Part shown: positions 48,001 to 58,324 of the stretch, one piece after another
Layout of the letters: each line of letters begins with the position of its first letter
Position numbering within the stretch: the stretch's first letter is position 1
DNA from: a virus
Lineage: Duplodnaviria > Caudoviricetes
Strand: one strand, 5' to 3'
Virus record (IMG/VR): IMGVR_UViG_3300029305_005724
Coordinates: 128,001-192,000 of that record
Length of the DNA stretch: 64,000 nucleotides
Notes under the pieces: model-generated
What the model saw: only the letters and a program-made list of their open reading frames with translations
Database searches by the model: none
What the model was told of the DNA's origin: nothing
Program-made: the position numbers and the translations under genes

Positions 48001-48030
48001 ATTAGTACTTTTATCAATACTTTGTGCCAT
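45001..48030 (-). CDS. Baseplate wedge subunit (gp6/BaseplateJ-like)
   Basis: NES..TKAK..KNV..HA..LG...PA, TTEGEGGN and G.N..TIEEL......AR.AIT..D motifs; two GxY....YY.Y.GT.W inserts. Confidence 0.7.
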   Translation of the reverse strand: MAQSIDKSTNLTSDVYGINSYVNEIKKNFTPTANEETLMLGIFGYAGQMFSDLMQNSIVMASEFSNESIATKAKFEKNVIAHARGLGITGIDAVPATMEVLLTFVEEDIENAIGTNPDGGWSFTFDKDTAIYIGKYPFFVDYDIEIQKIRLENSGIIEDFTYTAKYIIDDDNPISDITNPCISSPVKMMVSNKSIIFMPVKLHQVMKTNIVKKILSDNSISSKTLTFEFEGQLAAFNIDVTEGDKVTHLIPVYEGLISSNKKYPYFYYSYLDSKTIRIKFDRSSYAPRINSEVKINIWTTEGEGGNFSYAPEVYPGFACESEKYGYANIACEVRPVDGESSYGSNKKTIEELQQLIPREASARGAITNLTDLENFFNALDTDDSKIYLYKKRDNALERLYYSFILIRDAYNNIIPTNTVDVKAYVNDLVVSNENGNKRYTLPRGELLKLTDDGTCMLISKDNIPADFDPYKETEDAKDADGFDYKKFLFYYTSPYNFTINHSPAYGTYNLTIMDSKKFLEFSHINDKSLYQYIATVMNCYRGTNEEESNDYSFTIKMEQNISNANENDKSLQVFAVFYDSEGTPYTWAQAECVNVAESTAVVYTYKFKFKTDNYMDTSGRLRITEGMFDKGITVKGMANPLRGEYDTVEEFQTIQDPVIGDYAIAAGEYYKYDGTEWIKQTMKLSTNESYVPANCKCVLYMLYKADGEMPIDWQGLDAIIPEFNAYKYENPKITGYESMEKLQEVEKPVEGEYALIGETYYQYNGTDWVETEAPVTGYVFDKVANIRDYTLANTYNVTEGVDFFYNYSEVIDSPIVINSDENGEYFIIKGMPVVKYNYFDTEDKAIELCRELVRRKNYIDYAVTILEDAFGIDFKFFNTYGPSKLFVTDEVEQTCLDRTNISLKFRLKLRANYNKNVVNSITEDIKNYVEDITSIESLHIPNLITEITSKYRESIVYFEFVGINDYGTSVQHLHAQTMPDSVVVPEFLSIHTILNREGKWVPDITIQMV

Positions 48031-48049
48031 ACGTTATTTCCTCCTTCCA

Positions 48050-49153
48050 TCAATTAACCCATCTGAGGAAATACTCACGACGGCCATTGATAACTTGTGT
48101 ATGAATATATGGCGTTCTAGGCCACTCTCCATTAATTGCATGAATAGTAGTATCAAACAAAGGAGATTCTTTAGTTCCTTTAAGCGTACCCTTTTTATAT
48201 GCAAGAGAGAGTTTATTAAATTGACTTAGAATAATAGGATCCATGTCTCTTACAAAATGGCCTTTAAAGCCAACTGTAAGTTTTTGACCAGCTTCACTAA
48301 TTCTATTCATATCGCTAAAAGCATCTCTAGGAATACTAGTAGGATAACAACCAGTGATTCTAGCAAAGTAAACAATACGATAGCCATCTTCACCAACGAC
48401 TATCTTATAGATACTAAATTGATCATGCAGAACTCTATTTAGAATATAATTTTTCCATCTATCGGTTTCTGCATTTACAAAATCGATAGCACCATTCCAT
48501 TTAAGCTTCTCATATTCGTCGTACATTTTGAAAAGCATATAAATATCAAGACGCTTAGTATCTTCAAATTCAAGATTAAAATCAAAGTCCTCATCAGACT
48601 TATAAGAAGTACCTCTATAGTTAATCTTGGTTCCCATAACGTTTCCAGCCGATTCAATGTTTTCAGCACTAAGTCCAGGAAGGTCAAGAGTCGAGGTAAC
48701 GCTATTCGATAATACATTCATAAATGGATAATCTTGTTTATAGGAAGACTGTAGTTGTTCAGCCATATCTCTATAACGATTAATAGCATCTACAAAGAAT
48801 GCATTATTCGAAAGAACTTTAGTCAAAGGCCAATATGCACTATTAGTAGCATTTTTTATTTGCGTTGTTAATAGGCATAAATCAGGCTTTGTAAAGAATA
48901 GATACTCTCTTGTATTTGTAAGAGTATTAAATGGGTCAAGAACACCAAATCTGGAGAATTTGTGTGTCCAATCCATATTATATCTATCGACAATTCCATG
49001 AGACAGTATAAGATTACTTATTTGCTGAGTCTCAGCTTTTAAGCGTTTCTTTTCTGCTTTTTGTTTTGCATTTCCACTAAGACTTATATCATCTGGATTG
49101 GTAAAAATGCTTAGATTCTCATTATTTTTGAAAGTCTGGGATTTATAAGCCAT
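48050..49153 (-). CDS. Tail tube-like/baseplate protein
   Basis: YLFFTKPDL and ITGCYPTSIP motifs; late promoter; operon with the wedge gene. Confidence 0.55.
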   Translation of the reverse strand: MAYKSQTFKNNENLSIFTNPDDISLSGNAKQKAEKKRLKAETQQISNLILSHGIVDRYNMDWTHKFSRFGVLDPFNTLTNTREYLFFTKPDLCLLTTQIKNATNSAYWPLTKVLSNNAFFVDAINRYRDMAEQLQSSYKQDYPFMNVLSNSVTSTLDLPGLSAENIESAGNVMGTKINYRGTSYKSDEDFDFNLEFEDTKRLDIYMLFKMYDEYEKLKWNGAIDFVNAETDRWKNYILNRVLHDQFSIYKIVVGEDGYRIVYFARITGCYPTSIPRDAFSDMNRISEAGQKLTVGFKGHFVRDMDPIILSQFNKLSLAYKKGTLKGTKESPLFDTTIHAINGEWPRTPYIHTQVINGRREYFLRWVN

Positions 49154-49344
49154 TGAAATAATCCTCCTTTCAAAGCGTTATATTTCATTAATTTGATGTT
49201 GCGAGGTTAAAATAAGGCATAATAATATAATATAAATATGAAATAAAGGGAAAGAATGCCGAGCAACTACGCTTACAAGTTTCTACTCCTCTACTCACTT
49301 TATATGAAACAAACCAAATTAAATTCTTTAAGGAGTGAACTTGA

Positions 49345-49689
49345 ATGGGACGAAAAGTAAAAGCAATGCAAGGCGGACTTCTACAGCTAATTCGAAATGA
49401 AGAGGAAATGGAGCAGCAGAAGTTATATAATAGAGAAGATACACTTATTACTAGATCGGAGAATTTTGAGCGAGAACAACTAAAATATCGTCTTGATAGA
49501 GAACAGGAGTTTGAAAGAGAGATGGTTGGACAAAAAGTTCAAGCTATAAATAATCTAGCCAATAGTATTAGTGGATTATCTCTTGCATTAATGAATGCGG
49601 CCCATCCAAACATGCGAATGGTGTCGGAAATTCCGACTACAAACCAATTGATAAGTCCAATTATCTATTTTAATGAGAAACTAAATTAA
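49345..49689 (+). CDS. Hypothetical coiled-coil protein
   Basis: 114 aa, SD AAGGAG, early-like promoter at 49226. Confidence 0.6.
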   Translation: MGRKVKAMQGGLLQLIRNEEEMEQQKLYNREDTLITRSENFEREQLKYRLDREQEFEREMVGQKVQAINNLANSISGLSLALMNAAHPNMRMVSEIPTTNQLISPIIYFNEKLN

Positions 49690-49802
49690 TATGAATCTAA
49701 TTTGTATTGATAGTTCCTCAGGTGGTTCAATTGCCCTTTATTTTTTATTTTTTAGCCTTGAACATACAATTAAAAATTTATAAGAAGGAGGTCACATCTT
49801 CT

Positions 49803-51182
49803 ATGAATAAAGATTGCAAAGCCATTCATGAGACCTTTCTGAAGGACATTATGGATCTTTGGGATGGTTTCAAATCTATGAAAGACGAGATTAAAGATAA
49901 GAAGTTTAGCGATAAGTCCAATAGCCCTCTTGGCAAAATGAATTCGACTTCTATAGCTAAGGCTAATTCTAATCTTGTCATGGTATTTCCTGTAATTTGT
50001 AGCCGTGGCATTAGCATAGAAACCGCATCCATGATTAGTAAAGCAGTTGAGAAGAACGCCGTATCGATGCTTCAGAGACTATTTGCTGCATGGCAGATTA
50101 CCGATGCTGAAAATGTGCATGACTATATTGGTCTTTTCCATAAGAATATTTCTTCTAAAGTAGCTTCTTTGGATGATGTTTTTGATGTAGCGACTAGAAT
50201 TGATGCTAGAAATGAATCGGCACTTAGTGCTGGTCAGATTTATGCATATGAGTCTGCTGTTAAGAATGATCTTAGAAATAATCTTAATTGTTATTTGCCT
50301 ACATCCGTTAACGAATCTTCTCTTAATGAGTATATCATTTATGAAGATGGAAGTGCAGATAAAGCAAGCGGTAAAGCAAATGTAGATGGAGGAACTGAAG
50401 CTGATAAAGTTGGAGGTTCTGAAATCAAGAAAGCTTCTGGACTTGCAGATATTGCTAAGTCTCAGAATGACGTATTCAAGAATCAAGTTCTTGATTCTGA
50501 TTATAAGAAGGCAAATGAGCTTATGCCCACTAGCCTTGTAGTTAATTTCAAAGCATATAAAGATACCGATGATGAAGGAAATAAACTTTCTGCTCCGATT
50601 GTTCATGATTATACAAATGCAATTGTTGGAGTTAAAGCAAAGTTGTACCCTGTCGGTTCTGATGACATTGTAACTCATATTGCTGACAAAGCTCAGTCTA
50701 AGAATTGGCTGACTAATTTCTTTAGAGCTACTACTAGAGAAACATCGTTTATGAAAGACTTTGTCCTTGCCATTGATAAAGCTAAAATCGATGCCATGTC
50801 TCTTTCTACTCGTAAGAGCACTTCTGATAAGATGTGGAAAGTTCTTGAGCGTCGTGCAACTGTCTCCAGACTTAAGAGAGCTATGAGAGATAATAACAGC
50901 TCTGCTGCTATCACTACTCTTGTTGTATCTCAGGAAGAGGTTGAGTATCTTCGTAAGAATAATTTGGCAGATCTTGAGAGAATCAGCACTGTACTTGGTC
51001 TCTTTGATTCGCTAAATCTTATGTGCATCTGCATTGTTGATGAATCGCTTGAAGTAGCGAAGTTCATTTACGATGAAGAAGATCCTACTTGGGAGACCAT
51101 CTCGTTCACTCATCTTGAAAGAGAGTCTTCCGACAATACTTATAAGCGCGTTGTCAATCTTATGACAAAAGTTGCTCGCTAA
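49803..51182 (+). CDS. Putative virion (head) protein
   Basis: Start MNKDC after AAGGAGG; late promoter 49761; xES motifs resembling head-protease sites. Confidence 0.6.
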   Translation: MNKDCKAIHETFLKDIMDLWDGFKSMKDEIKDKKFSDKSNSPLGKMNSTSIAKANSNLVMVFPVICSRGISIETASMISKAVEKNAVSMLQRLFAAWQITDAENVHDYIGLFHKNISSKVASLDDVFDVATRIDARNESALSAGQIYAYESAVKNDLRNNLNCYLPTSVNESSLNEYIIYEDGSADKASGKANVDGGTEADKVGGSEIKKASGLADIAKSQNDVFKNQVLDSDYKKANELMPTSLVVNFKAYKDTDDEGNKLSAPIVHDYTNAIVGVKAKLYPVGSDDIVTHIADKAQSKNWLTNFFRATTRETSFMKDFVLAIDKAKIDAMSLSTRKSTSDKMWKVLERRATVSRLKRAMRDNNSSAAITTLVVSQEEVEYLRKNNLADLERISTVLGLFDSLNLMCICIVDESLEVAKFIYDEEDPTWETISFTHLERESSDNTYKRVVNLMTKVAR

Positions 51183-51202
51183 CTGAAAGGAGGATATAGA
51201 CT

Positions 51203-52405
51203 ATGATTTATTCTTCTAAGAAAAGAGAGCCTGTAACTCCTGTTCAGGAGGCAGCTGCTTTCGAAACTGAAAATCATTTCCATACTGAAGATGAGCCTAT
51301 GACTCTCGAAAAGTTTTATGGATTTGATCCTGATGCTATTGGCCTTGAAGCTGATAAGGATTATAAGAATTTCTTCAGAGATCCTAAAATCATGGCTACG
51401 TTTACTGAGCATTTCGATATCACTGATAGAGAAACCCGTAAACGTTTAATGTCTTTGGATGAAGCTGAGCAGGGAGGCCTTCTTGCTACTCTTACATCTA
51501 AACTTTATGACAATATCATTTCTAAGATTGATGATATCGACTATGGCGATATTCCCAATTCTAAGGGTGATATTACTGAGTTGACCAACTATGATAAGCT
51601 TGTTGAGTGTACTACTCTTCTTCGTGATATCCTTGTTGAGTTCAAGCAGGATACCAGCCCGATCGACGAGATTTCCATGGCTATTGATAATGTCAGAGGC
51701 CGTAAAGATCTCTTCGGAAGAGCTTTTAAATATAACGTAGAAATGCCGATTGTTATGTATAATAACATTGTGCTGACTATTATCAGCTCGGTTTCCTACA
51801 TGATTGCTACTTGTATCGAGTTTATGAAGACTCCTAATAGAGATTCTTTCCAAATTACTCTCGACAAGGTTGCATTCACCAAAACAAAGAATAATATGCT
51901 CTATTCTAACCTTAAGAAATTCAATAAGATTTGTAAATCTGGAGAATTTGATAAGGCAATGGAGCATGTTATTCAGCACAGAGTTGACAAGATGGCAGAA
52001 TCCGCTGGGCTTGTTTTCGGTCTTGGTGCCGTTTCCATTGTTGCAGCCGGAGGTATCTTCTTGCTTATTATGAAGTGCATTATTCCTCTTTTAAGAGAAA
52101 TGGTATTCTTCTTCTATTATACTAGAATGAGGGTTTCCGATTTCTTCGATATACAGGCTGACCTTCTCCAGATGAATGCTCATAACGTGGAGAGCAATGA
52201 AGCCAAGAGTGAAGATGAAAAGGAGCGTATCGTTTCTAAGCAGCTTAAGATTGCTGAACTCTTTAGAAAGATTGCAAATAAGATTTCCTTCACTGGACGT
52301 AAAGCTGAAGTTGAAAGCACTAAAGCCATTACAGCTGAATCTAGAAAGATGAAGCTTGGAGATGATGGCATCGAGATGCCTAATACCGGCTCTGCGTTGT
52401 TCTAA
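51203..52405 (+). CDS. Putative virion protein with a hydrophobic segment
   Basis: 400 aa; acidic N-terminus; hydrophobic stretch after MAES. Confidence 0.6.
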   Translation: MIYSSKKREPVTPVQEAAAFETENHFHTEDEPMTLEKFYGFDPDAIGLEADKDYKNFFRDPKIMATFTEHFDITDRETRKRLMSLDEAEQGGLLATLTSKLYDNIISKIDDIDYGDIPNSKGDITELTNYDKLVECTTLLRDILVEFKQDTSPIDEISMAIDNVRGRKDLFGRAFKYNVEMPIVMYNNIVLTIISSVSYMIATCIEFMKTPNRDSFQITLDKVAFTKTKNNMLYSNLKKFNKICKSGEFDKAMEHVIQHRVDKMAESAGLVFGLGAVSIVAAGGIFLLIMKCIIPLLREMVFFFYYTRMRVSDFFDIQADLLQMNAHNVESNEAKSEDEKERIVSKQLKIAELFRKIANKISFTGRKAEVESTKAITAESRKMKLGDDGIEMPNTGSALF

Positions 52406-52503
52406 TAAGGTTTGCTTTAAGAAGTTAAATGCAAACATTATAATAAAATCTCAATAAACAAAACAAAAGTTTATAGGTTAAATCTAAAAGGAGGATTTTA
52501 CTC

Positions 52504-53595
52504 ATGTCTATTTATTCTAACAATAGAACTGGTGTAGCTACCACTGCAACTCTTGTTGCAAATGAGAGCTACAAATCCAATGATATTGGACGTATTCTCT
52601 ATGAGTCTGCTGTGAATGATATGGCATTTTTCGAGGCTGTAATTGCATCGGATTTCAATGAGATTAAGGGCCTTCGTGAAGGTACTCTTCTCGAGGCTGA
52701 AGTAGCTGCTCTCAATGAAGCTTCCGCTAAGGAGTTCTTCAAGGGAATGGCTGAAAGAGTTAAGAAGTTCTGGGCTAAGATTAAGGGCGCTATCAAGGCA
52801 GCTGTCAATAAGCTTGCTGCATACGTTCTTAAGGATGGTAAGGCTTTTGTAGCTGAGTTTGAGGCTGCTGAGAAGAAGTACGGTAAGTTTGCTGGAAAGA
52901 TCGAAGGCGTTAAGCTCTACAATGGCGGTATCACTATTCCGACTTACGATACTATCGATGGCACCATTAAGGCATTTAAGGGTGAAGAGGGTACTGAGAA
53001 GGCTTATGTTCTTGGCGCTGCTCTTGGTGAGTGCCTTGGTGAGAAGGGCGATCTCACTCCTGCTGACTTCAAGAAGAAGGCAGTTGAGAAGTGCATGGTT
53101 CCCACTGACGTTACTGCTGCACAGATCGATGATCTTAAGAAGCGTATTTCTAGCGCTCCTGACACGATCAAGGGTCTTAAGGAGAACGAAAAGTATATTG
53201 ACAAGTGCATGGGCGCTCTTGAGGCTGGTCTTAAGGCTGAGGAGAAGAATGCATTTGATAAGGAGAACGGTGATAAGTCCGCTCTCGCAAGCACCATTAA
53301 GCGTATCAGCATGCTCGTAAGTGTTTATGAGACTGTTGTTGCTACGTCTACTGCTGCCGTTATCGGTTGCACCAAGGCTACTGTTGCTCAGTCCAGAAAG
53401 GCTCTTTCTCAGGCTATGTCTGAGATGAAGAAGGAGTCTGCTGAGGCTAAGCATGAGGCTGCTGCTGTTGCTGAGGATGAGGTTGAGGTTGCTCTTGACG
53501 ATGCTTCTGAGGTTGAGGTTGATATCGATACCCAGGATGCTATCGATCAGGCTGTCGAGGCTGTTGAGTCCGAAGAAGCTGCTGCTAACGCTTAA
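52504..53595 (+). CDS. Abundant internal head protein (paralog 1)
   Basis: Strong codon bias, acidic propeptide ending LNEA followed by amphipathic FFKGMAERVKKFWAKIK, as in phiKZ-like inner head proteins. Confidence 0.65.
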   Translation: MSIYSNNRTGVATTATLVANESYKSNDIGRILYESAVNDMAFFEAVIASDFNEIKGLREGTLLEAEVAALNEASAKEFFKGMAERVKKFWAKIKGAIKAAVNKLAAYVLKDGKAFVAEFEAAEKKYGKFAGKIEGVKLYNGGITIPTYDTIDGTIKAFKGEEGTEKAYVLGAALGECLGEKGDLTPADFKKKAVEKCMVPTDVTAAQIDDLKKRISSAPDTIKGLKENEKYIDKCMGALEAGLKAEEKNAFDKENGDKSALASTIKRISMLVSVYETVVATSTAAVIGCTKATVAQSRKALSQAMSEMKKESAEAKHEAAAVAEDEVEVALDDASEVEVDIDTQDAIDQAVEAVESEEAAANA

Positions 53596-53613
53596 GGAAG
53601 GAGGAAAATTATA

Positions 53614-54771
53614 ATGATTTATACTTCTAGATATATTAAGACCGAGTCTGCTATTGAGGATGCAATTCAGACTCCCGATGAAGTTGGCGTAGATCTCGAC
53701 CAGGTCGAGAAGGATATTGCCGGCGATGAAGGTATCGAGGCACATGCTGACGAGGTTGAGGCTGCTGAGGAGGGCACCGTTGGTGATCCTATCGAGGAGG
53801 CATTCAACATCATGTTTGAGAGCGAGTATAACTTCAACTCTATTATGAGTGCTATTGGAGTTGCTGAGCTCAGAGAAGCTGCTATGGGTCGTGAGCTCGT
53901 TATGGAGGCTGCTGACGTTAAGGGCTTCTTCCAGAAGGTCAAGGATATGCTTGCGAAGATGTTCGCATCTATCACTAAGGCAGTTAAGACTGTTCTTTCC
54001 AAGATGGATGTTCAGGCTAAGCTTGACAAGAAGTTTGTTACCAAGCACGAGAAGGAAATCCTTAAGGGTGCTGAGGGTGCTTGGGAAGCTAAGGGTTATG
54101 TTTATGGCGAAGACCTTAAGAAGTTTGGCCATCTTCAGAACTCTGATGCACTTCACAGTGCAAAGAAGTATACCGATGCTGTAGAGAAGGCTATTGCTGC
54201 TGCAGCTAAGGGTGCTACTCTTGAGGAAGCTCGTGCAGATGTCCTCAAGGTTACTGGTAATGGTGAGGATATGCGTGGTCATATCATTAAGACCGTTGCT
54301 GGTGTTGATGCTGGAAGCATCGAAGATATGACCACTGAGCTTGTTAAGAAGATCCGTGGTGAGAAGGTTGATCTTAAGGGTAAGGTTAAGGCTAGCGATG
54401 TTATCGATATTCTTAAGAACGATAGAGAGACTGCTACCATTCGTGCAACCTACAATGAGATCAAGAAGAGCTACAAGGAGAGCCTTGCTATCATTACTAA
54501 GTGGGAAAAGGAAGGCCATGAAAAGTCCTATGCTGGTATTGTTGCCGGTGTTTGCATTCCTGGTATCTCTGCAGTTAAGTTCGAGAAGAATGCACTCCAT
54601 GCTACCTATGCTGTATACATGAAGATGGCTCGTGCTAAGAGAGCTCAGGCTCGTGCACTTGCTCACAAGTTCTACAGCCAGGCTGGTAAGGATGATAAGG
54701 CTGCAAAGAAGGCTGAGAAGGGCGCTAAGAACGAGTCCGCTACTATCTTCGGTGGCATTACCATTCTCTAA
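53614..54771 (+). CDS. Abundant internal head protein (paralog 2)
   Basis: Acidic propeptide, VMEA then GFFQKVKDMLAKMF; terminator 54804-54840. Confidence 0.65.
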   Translation: MIYTSRYIKTESAIEDAIQTPDEVGVDLDQVEKDIAGDEGIEAHADEVEAAEEGTVGDPIEEAFNIMFESEYNFNSIMSAIGVAELREAAMGRELVMEAADVKGFFQKVKDMLAKMFASITKAVKTVLSKMDVQAKLDKKFVTKHEKEILKGAEGAWEAKGYVYGEDLKKFGHLQNSDALHSAKKYTDAVEKAIAAAAKGATLEEARADVLKVTGNGEDMRGHIIKTVAGVDAGSIEDMTTELVKKIRGEKVDLKGKVKASDVIDILKNDRETATIRATYNEIKKSYKESLAIITKWEKEGHEKSYAGIVAGVCIPGISAVKFEKNALHATYAVYMKMARAKRAQARALAHKFYSQAGKDDKAAKKAEKGAKNESATIFGGITIL

Positions 54772-54870
54772 TATAATTCTAGCTTAAACTAGATTAAAAT
54801 AAAGGCACCGTAGGAGAAATCCTACGGTGCTCTTCTTTATTAGCCGAACTTATAAATAAACGAATTAAAA

Positions 54871-56991
54871 GTGAGGTATACAGCTATGTTTAATTCAATA
54901 TTCCTAAGCTCAATGCCCAAAGATAAGGCATTGACTGAAAATGTATTAAAGAAAGATCCTGTATCGACATATATGGAAGCAATTTTTGAGCATAACTTTG
55001 AAATGCAAACTATTGATGTCGATGAAAAAATTAATTATTATAGATCTCTTAAAGAACAGGCTTTAAATGAATCTACATCTCTTGTAGTTCATGAAGGCAT
55101 TATTTCTGGGGTTAGAGATTTTATTGCTAAAGCTATTCAGGCTATTATTGATTTTATTAAGAAAATAGTAGGCTTGTTTAGAGGAGCCCATGATAAAAAT
55201 GCCCGTAGAAATTACGAGGCTAATAAGAGTGCTATTAGACGTGGTAATGCTATCTATAGCGATAAGAAGTACAATTTTATTTTCTATCATATTCCATGTA
55301 AAATTGATGATTCGTCTATAAGAGCTGCATCTCAAAATATTACAATGCAGATTGATAATATTTGTAACGGCAGTTCTGTTGATGCAGATAATTCTCTTGT
55401 TGAAACTGCATATATCGCTATGGTTAGGCTTATCTCCAAAAATAGAAGTCGTAATACCTATAATGAAACAGTTATTAACCATGAAATGTTTAAAGCATTT
55501 ATTACTGCCGATATGATTTGGGCTGAAAAGAAAGAGGCAACTGTAAAGGAATTCGCAGATCATTATTTCGATATTTCTAAAACTCCTCTTACAGAGCAGG
55601 ATACAGCTAAATGCCTTGATGCTATTACCAAAGAACTTGAACGCTGCCGTAATAGAGTAAAGAATGCAGATAACATCGGGGCTGATCAGAGGGAAAATGC
55701 TCAAAAGCTTGTAGCTATGCTTGATAGTCTTGTTAAGTCCTGGACTTGGTATTGCAATGAGATTGTTAAGAAGACGAATATGTTCATTAGCTATGCTAAT
55801 AAAGCTGCTAATAAATTTACTCGCAATGTGAAAGAGTCAGCTTCTATTCATGGTGAAACATTTGATGGCGATACCCTATTCACAAATGATGATATCAACG
55901 ATTTTAATCCTACTGAATGGATGGATCTTGAGCTTACAGCTGAATGTTATGCTGCAGCATCTGAAATGCTTGAATTTAGAAGAAATGTTGCTTGCCTTGA
56001 AGCTTCGATTATGGCTGAAAATTCTGCAGATACCTGGAGAAAACTTATTGCTATGCGTGAAGAAGCTGAAGAGAAGGCTGGAAACAAGATTCAGAATATT
56101 CTTGCTACTATTAAGAGAATTATTAATGAGTTTATTAATAAGCTAATAGGCGGTAATAAACTTCATCTTAAGTATCTTAATGATAATAAAGAAACAATTG
56201 CTAAGCCTTTCAATTTCACATCAAATCTTATTGCAAGTGGAGATGTATTTAATGGAGCTCAGAGAGTTCAGACCAAATCTAATTTCTCATTTGATTATAA
56301 TCGTATGAAGGAATGCGATAGTGACAGAGCTGTCTTTGAAAAGTTTATGCTTAGTAGCATGAATAGCGGTCTTAGGCAGGGATTGAAATGGGATGATGAG
56401 ATTAGTATTTCGGAGTATTGTAAAGGATACTTTGGTGGTAAAATGCCTAAAGATAAATATCCTGAAATCACCATTCCTGCAGATAAAGTTAATGGATCTA
56501 AAGATGAAATGATTAGATTTATTAATAATGCTAAAGCAATTCAGGCAACTGTTAAAGCAGAACTTTCAAAGTTAGAAGCAGATGCTAGACAGGCACTTGG
56601 TTCTACAATGGGTCAGGCTGCTGCTAGTGCACAGGCCGATAACACTGATGCTAAACAGGAGTCTATGTACTACTCCTATCTGTATGATAGATGGTTTACA
56701 GAGGCCGAATTTGAAGGTGGATCTGAAGAGAAAAATAATGAAGGAAACGCTGGAGCTGCTACTGGAAATGCTGAGTCCAAGGATAACGGTGAAAAAGATA
56801 AAGCCGCTGCATTTAAGAATTATATGAATGCATGTAAAGCTATTATGCTTGCAAAGGCCACGGCTACTGAATTCATTACTAATGAATTTATGTGGATTAT
56901 TAAACAGCATGTTTCTAAGAATGGACCTAAGAAAAAAGCAACTGCTGATGGTAAAGGAAATGCTGAACCTGCAGCAGAAGAAAATAAATAA
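54871..56991 (+). CDS. Internal head protein with two paralogous domains
   Basis: VHEGIISGVRDFIAKAIQAII and REEAEEKAGNKIQNILATIKRII segments; late promoter 54847; terminator 57008-57047. Confidence 0.6.
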   Translation: MRYTAMFNSIFLSSMPKDKALTENVLKKDPVSTYMEAIFEHNFEMQTIDVDEKINYYRSLKEQALNESTSLVVHEGIISGVRDFIAKAIQAIIDFIKKIVGLFRGAHDKNARRNYEANKSAIRRGNAIYSDKKYNFIFYHIPCKIDDSSIRAASQNITMQIDNICNGSSVDADNSLVETAYIAMVRLISKNRSRNTYNETVINHEMFKAFITADMIWAEKKEATVKEFADHYFDISKTPLTEQDTAKCLDAITKELERCRNRVKNADNIGADQRENAQKLVAMLDSLVKSWTWYCNEIVKKTNMFISYANKAANKFTRNVKESASIHGETFDGDTLFTNDDINDFNPTEWMDLELTAECYAAASEMLEFRRNVACLEASIMAENSADTWRKLIAMREEAEEKAGNKIQNILATIKRIINEFINKLIGGNKLHLKYLNDNKETIAKPFNFTSNLIASGDVFNGAQRVQTKSNFSFDYNRMKECDSDRAVFEKFMLSSMNSGLRQGLKWDDEISISEYCKGYFGGKMPKDKYPEITIPADKVNGSKDEMIRFINNAKAIQATVKAELSKLEADARQALGSTMGQAAASAQADNTDAKQESMYYSYLYDRWFTEAEFEGGSEEKNNEGNAGAATGNAESKDNGEKDKAAAFKNYMNACKAIMLAKATATEFITNEFMWIIKQHVSKNGPKKKATADGKGNAEPAAEENK

Positions 56992-57045
56992 TGTCCTCCA
57001 AAGCAAAAGACGAGTACAGATTTCTCTGTACTCGTCTATTTTTTT

Positions 57046-58251
57046 TTAGTATGGAGCTTTATCGAATAAGAGCATTACGTTAGCTATAAATTCTTCATCT
57101 TGCCTAATATATAACTCTCTTTTTCTAGCAAGTAAATACCTTCCATTATATATATCATTATTGCGAACTTCTTTTGCATTAATGATATACTCTTTATTCA
57201 GTGTTAATACCGATGCATCAATATCTGCTTTCTGTACCATTATCTGAATAGCTGAAGAATTAATAGAAGAAACTGTATTATCAAGTATTCCTTCATTATC
57301 ATTCATAATTCTAATAAATCTATTTTTTGCATTAACATTAGAATCTTCGCTAGTTCGAATAGATTTATTAAAAGACTGCCCAGATGCATTGACGGCGGTC
57401 ACTTTAGAATATATCTTTTCTGAAAAATGATTATCTGAGATTTCACAGTCTTCCTCATCATCGATCTCTATTTGATACATAGTGCGAGCTTCATTCATTG
57501 TCATACCTTGCTGCTTGGACTCAGTATTGTATGTCTGTCTTAGATTGATCATAACGGTATTAATCTCCTCACCTTTCTTGGTTATGCCCTTGCCAGATGA
57601 AGAGATTAAATAAGCACAATCAAAATCTATAAAAAATCTATATGGAGTATCATAGAAAGTTGCCAAATTATTAATATATTCAATAGATTTAGCAACACTA
57701 TTCATAGGCGGTAAGAATTGATTTACAAAATTTATATTCTTTCTAGGCGGCTCAAGTACAACAGGAATATGCCCTGTAATATAATACATGAGAGAGCTTA
57801 GATTGCCATTAATAACTCCATTAAGATGCTTTTTATTTTTGTTTACGCAATCAAGACTAAGTAGACCAATGGTAACAGTTCTATTGACATCTTCTTCTGC
57901 ACTATATTCTTTTCCTCCATCATTTATATTGATGAAGTAGATAAATTTATCGGAAATATAGTTTGTATATAAATTTGGCATATCAGAGCTAACATTTGCC
58001 CTTTTAAGTTCAAAAATAATAGTACCACTATCTTGATTTCTATCCATTCGTTCAGCCAACTGATCTTCTAAAACTGCCGTTAAGAATATCATAGGCATAT
58101 TCATTTCTTTATAATTATAGTCTATAGCAATAGAGCGTATTCTGTTATTTTCAATATTGAATACTTCTCCATCGTGTATAAATCTCATAGATGCGGTATA
58201 TCTAAATACTGATGTATTTTGTGAATATGTTTCTTTTACAGTATTAGCCAT
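57046..58251 (-). CDS. Putative baseplate hub protein
   Basis: IAIDYNY....MPMIF N-terminus and NGRYLL..K C-terminus are hub-like; late promoter. Confidence 0.5.
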   Translation of the reverse strand: MANTVKETYSQNTSVFRYTASMRFIHDGEVFNIENNRIRSIAIDYNYKEMNMPMIFLTAVLEDQLAERMDRNQDSGTIIFELKRANVSSDMPNLYTNYISDKFIYFININDGGKEYSAEEDVNRTVTIGLLSLDCVNKNKKHLNGVINGNLSSLMYYITGHIPVVLEPPRKNINFVNQFLPPMNSVAKSIEYINNLATFYDTPYRFFIDFDCAYLISSSGKGITKKGEEINTVMINLRQTYNTESKQQGMTMNEARTMYQIEIDDEEDCEISDNHFSEKIYSKVTAVNASGQSFNKSIRTSEDSNVNAKNRFIRIMNDNEGILDNTVSSINSSAIQIMVQKADIDASVLTLNKEYIINAKEVRNNDIYNGRYLLARKRELYIRQDEEFIANVMLLFDKAPY

Positions 58252-58324
58252 ATATCATCACCTCCAAAAAAAAATAAAAGGTAGTACTAAACTTGTACTA
58301 CCTTTATGTTCAGGCTGCTCTCTT

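Noticed and set aside
52498-54666. 722-aa antisense ORF spanning two head-protein genes
   Set aside because: Shadow of strong codon bias (GCT/GAG/AAG) in highly expressed sense genes; Leu/Ser-rich, no SD.
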